Assembly: GCA_028344675.1 (NCBI GenBank)
Contig: JAOMBT010000001.1
Coordinates: 14,998-78,997, forward strand
Length of the DNA stretch: 64,000 nt
DNA from: Acidimicrobiaceae bacterium
GTDB lineage: Bacteria > Actinomycetota > Acidimicrobiia > Actinomarinales > Actinomarinaceae
Reading direction: 5' to 3'
Translations under genes and position numbers: made by a program
Notes under the pieces: model-generated
Told to the model about the DNA's origin: nothing
Databases searched by the model: none
What the model saw: only the letters and a program-made list of their open reading frames with translations
Part shown: positions 61,602-64,000 of the stretch, piece by piece
Layout of the letters: each line of letters opens with the position of its first letter
Position numbering within the stretch: position 1 is the stretch's first letter

Positions 61602-62390
61602 TTATGTAAAAAGTGCGCTAAATTCCTTTTGCCATTTTTCGGTCCAAATAGGAATAGGTGTTTCATTCCATGGTTTATAATTTCCAACAAAATGGACTAT
61701 AAGTGGTTCTGGATAATTTTCCGCAAGTTTCCTGTCTTCTATCAATTTAAAAGCTAATAAATTAAATGTTAAAGGTAGAGGTGACCATTTGTTTCTAAAG
61801 ATTGCATTCATTGCATCTTGCTCTGGACACTCTGTTGGGCCATTTTCTTCTATCCAATTTACGAACTGGTCTTCGAGGTTTTCTTTTCTCCAGTAATTCA
61901 AATCTGCAATAAAAACTCCATTATTAAAATAAGGTAGATCTTTTTGATTAAATGTTCTCAAACTCATTCCTGTGTATTCAACTACAGCAGCTATAGGTGT
62001 AAAGATTTCATAATCTAAAAGTGGCTTTACATCCCGTAAAATAAGTGTATCTGGATCAATATATATAACTTTGTCATAATCTATAAAAGTACTTCCTAAA
62101 AATAATCTGTGATGCATATTTTTTGTAATGTAGTCTTTTTCAAATGCAAAACCCGAATCTTCAAATTTAGTGTACTTTTCTGAAGTAATAAATTTAATAT
62201 CAAGATTATTTTGGTCAATTATATCAATAAATTCAGATTCTCTTTTTTGTAAATTTTCAGGCACTAAACATCTAACATTCAATTTTGGAGTACCTGAATA
62301 ATTGAGACCTAGAGTTTTAATTGGAACACATGCATAATTAAAATAATTCTCATCAAAAGACGTAACTACAAGTGTTTTAGTGTATTCCAA
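61602..62390 (-). CDS. Glycosyltransferase family 8
   Basis: It has the GT8 motifs IDPDTLI (DxD), NNGVFIADL, EQDAMN and HFVGNYKPW. Confidence 0.8.
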   Translation of the reverse strand: MEYTKTLVVTSFDENYFNYACVPIKTLGLNYSGTPKLNVRCLVPENLQKRESEFIDIIDQNNLDIKFITSEKYTKFEDSGFAFEKDYITKNMHHRLFLGSTFIDYDKVIYIDPDTLILRDVKPLLDYEIFTPIAAVVEYTGMSLRTFNQKDLPYFNNGVFIADLNYWRKENLEDQFVNWIEENGPTECPEQDAMNAIFRNKWSPLPLTFNLLAFKLIEDRKLAENYPEPLIVHFVGNYKPWNETPIPIWTEKWQKEFSALFT

Positions 62391-62521
62391 ACTTTAATCT
62401 CCTTAAAAATATTTTAGAAAATAATATGACTTGATGCTTATTTTCTTTATTAAAGTTAAATCTATTAGTTAAATTGAATAATTTACATTAAAATTCATAT
62501 ATCAAGTTGATTGGAGAAAAA

Positions 62522-64000
62522 TTGTCAAAATTACATGAATATTTAAAATCACAAGAATCATTAATAACTTCTTCAGTAGAAGGTAAAACTTTATTAGATT
62601 TTATAGATAGAAATGCGGATGAATATGCAAACTATCCTGCATTAAATACACCTGCAAATAATGAATATTCTGCATGGGACTCTATGTCTTGGTCAGAACT
62701 AAGGGAAACAGCTAAGAACTTAGCATCTGGACTCATTGATCTTGGTTTAAGTCCTGGTGATATGGCATTTATCATGTCAAACAATACAAAAGATCATAAT
62801 ATTGCAGATTTAGGTATTGTTTATTGTGGGGCTACCCCCTCCACTCTATATAAACAATTAAAATTTAATCAGATTGAATATGTTTCAAATCTTATGGATG
62901 CAAAGGTTGCCATAGTTGGAGATCTTGAACTTTTTGAAGAGGTTAATAAAGCTAAGGAAAACTGCCCAAATCTTAAAGCTGTAGTTTTAATTGATGGATA
63001 TGAAGAAAAAAAAGATTTAGATTATGTACATAGCTATCACGAATTAATTCAAAAAGGTAAAGAAATTAATAATTTGGATTCATCCAAACTAGATGAGGCT
63101 ATTGCTACTGTTACGCCAGATACTTTAGCTTGTTTAATTTTCACATCGGGCACAACTGGCAAACCAAAAGGGGTAATGATATCCCATAAAAATGTTTTAT
63201 GGACTATCGAAAGCTTATTTGGACAGATGATTCCTGCATCAAAATTTCCGAGGATAGTTTCTTATTTGCCGATGGCCCACATTGCTGCAAGAGCTGGAGA
63301 TCATTATCAGGCAATATATAGAGCTGGTCAAATATTTCCTGTTCCAGTTTTGGAAGATATGAGTGTTGCTCTTCCAACAATTAAACCTTCTGTATTCGTT
63401 GCAGTTCCAAGAGTTTGGGAAAAATTTAAAGCAGGACTTGAAGTAAAAATTGAAGAAAACCCAAAGAAGGATCTTATTGCAAAAGCCATTGCAAATGGTT
63501 TAGAAAAAGTAGATTATCAACAAAAAGGAGAGACTGTTCCTTTAATGGTGAATTTAAAAGATAAATTATTTGCAAAACTTGTATTCTCAAAATTTAAAGA
63601 AGGACTTGGTATTGTAGATACCGAATATTTTGTTACAGCTGCTGCACCAATGAATAGAGATGTTCATAGGTGGTTCCATGCAATTGGAATTGATGTAACT
63701 GAAATATACGGTATGACTGAAGATACTGGCCCAGCAACAATTGGTGTACCAGGGAATGCTGTAGAGTCTTTTACAAAACGATTGAAAGCTGATTCTATAG
63801 AAATTCCTAGTGTTCTAAATCCCATTGGTAAAGTTGGTATCCCAATTCCTGGTACAGAAGTAAAGGTCATGGAAGATGGCGAACTCTGTATTAAAGGTAA
63901 TCATGTTGCCCAAGGTTATTATAAGTCAGAAGACCAGACTAAAGAAACATTTGATTCTGATGGCTGGCTACACACGGGTGACTTAGCTGAAATTGATGCT
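62522..64000 (+). CDS. Long-chain acyl-CoA synthetase / AMP-dependent ligase (3' end outside the window); absent from the ORF track because it is open-ended
   Basis: I translated it by hand from TTG 62522, which has GGAG 5 nt upstream. An alternative TTG lies at 62507. It has the AMP-binding motif TSGTTGKPKGVM and is open through nt 64000. Confidence 0.88.
   Translation, partial: MSKLHEYLKSQESLITSSVEGKTLLDFIDRNADEYANYPALNTPANNEYSAWDSMSWSELRETAKNLASGLIDLGLSPGDMAFIMSNNTKDHNIADLGIVYCGATPSTLYKQLKFNQIEYVSNLMDAKVAIVGDLELFEEVNKAKENCPNLKAVVLIDGYEEKKDLDYVHSYHELIQKGKEINNLDSSKLDEAIATVTPDTLACLIFTSGTTGKPKGVMISHKNVLWTIESLFGQMIPASKFPRIVSYLPMAHIAARAGDHYQAIYRAGQIFPVPVLEDMSVALPTIKPSVFVAVPRVWEKFKAGLEVKIEENPKKDLIAKAIANGLEKVDYQQKGETVPLMVNLKDKLFAKLVFSKFKEGLGIVDTEYFVTAAAPMNRDVHRWFHAIGIDVTEIYGMTEDTGPATIGVPGNAVESFTKRLKADSIEIPSVLNPIGKVGIPIPGTEVKVMEDGELCIKGNHVAQGYYKSEDQTKETFDSDGWLHTGDLAEIDA

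Noticed and set aside
63664-63870. A 68-aa minus-strand ORF near the window end.
   Set aside because: It is antisense to the open-ended acyl-CoA synthetase gene, whose AMP-binding motifs are clear.

Overview
This window is a very AT-rich (about one third G+C by eye), extremely compact chromosomal segment. It holds about 62 protein-coding genes and 3 tRNAs, with almost no intergenic DNA. Many genes overlap by 1-20 nt, including most convergent pairs.

The content is overwhelmingly housekeeping:
- Energy and redox: atpD (5' partial) and atpC, an LmbE/Mca-like deacetylase, korAB, and Ni-superoxide dismutase sodN with its protease sodX.
- Phosphate: a complete module of pstS, pstC, pstA, pstB, phoU, a response regulator and a histidine kinase, followed by an IMPase-family phosphatase.
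- Nitrogen and central metabolism: nadV, amt, gltB, deoC plus two aldehyde-dehydrogenase-like genes, pgl, pyk, folD, an aspartate-type aminotransferase, ilvE, dapD and dapE.
- Translation and replication: metG, gatCAB, ligA, ychF, and gltX followed by tRNA-Glu, tRNA-Gln and tRNA-Glu.
- Envelope, Fe-S and thiolation: murA, pgpA, DUF368, tatA, a cytochrome c lipoprotein, a NifU-like protein, an IscS-like protein and mnmA.
- Transport: two UMF1-type MFS transporters, an EamA transporter, and an RCK protein with a CPA2 antiporter.
- Other: a CofC/FbiD-like gene, malQ, a GH13 enzyme, a GT8 glycosyltransferase and a 3'-partial acyl-CoA synthetase.

Gene content and local synteny suggest a genome-streamlined, low-GC marine actinobacterium, possibly Candidatus Actinomarinales-like. 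This is inference only. The supporting features are the Mca-type LmbE protein, sodN/sodX, korAB, iscS-mnmA-ligA followed by gatCAB, and the FAH-family gene next to gltX, tRNA-Gln/Glu and the fbiD-like gene.

I found no transposases, integrases, prophage genes, CRISPR arrays or recognisable defence or toxin modules. I do not see a convincing new multi-gene system; this looks like core genome.

The observations most worth follow-up are:
1. A tandem-fused double PstS lipoprotein whose two halves show mosaic nucleotide identity, suggesting gene conversion.
2. A single seven-gene phosphate operon that ends in a 229-aa histidine kinase with no sensor domain.
3. ychF interrupted by one in-frame TAA, with both halves perfectly conserved.
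4. A half-length, catalytically dead aldehyde-dehydrogenase paralog translationally coupled to a full-length one.
5. Candidate OmpR-type direct-repeat operators upstream of pstS and amt.
6. Near-total loss of spacing between convergent genes.
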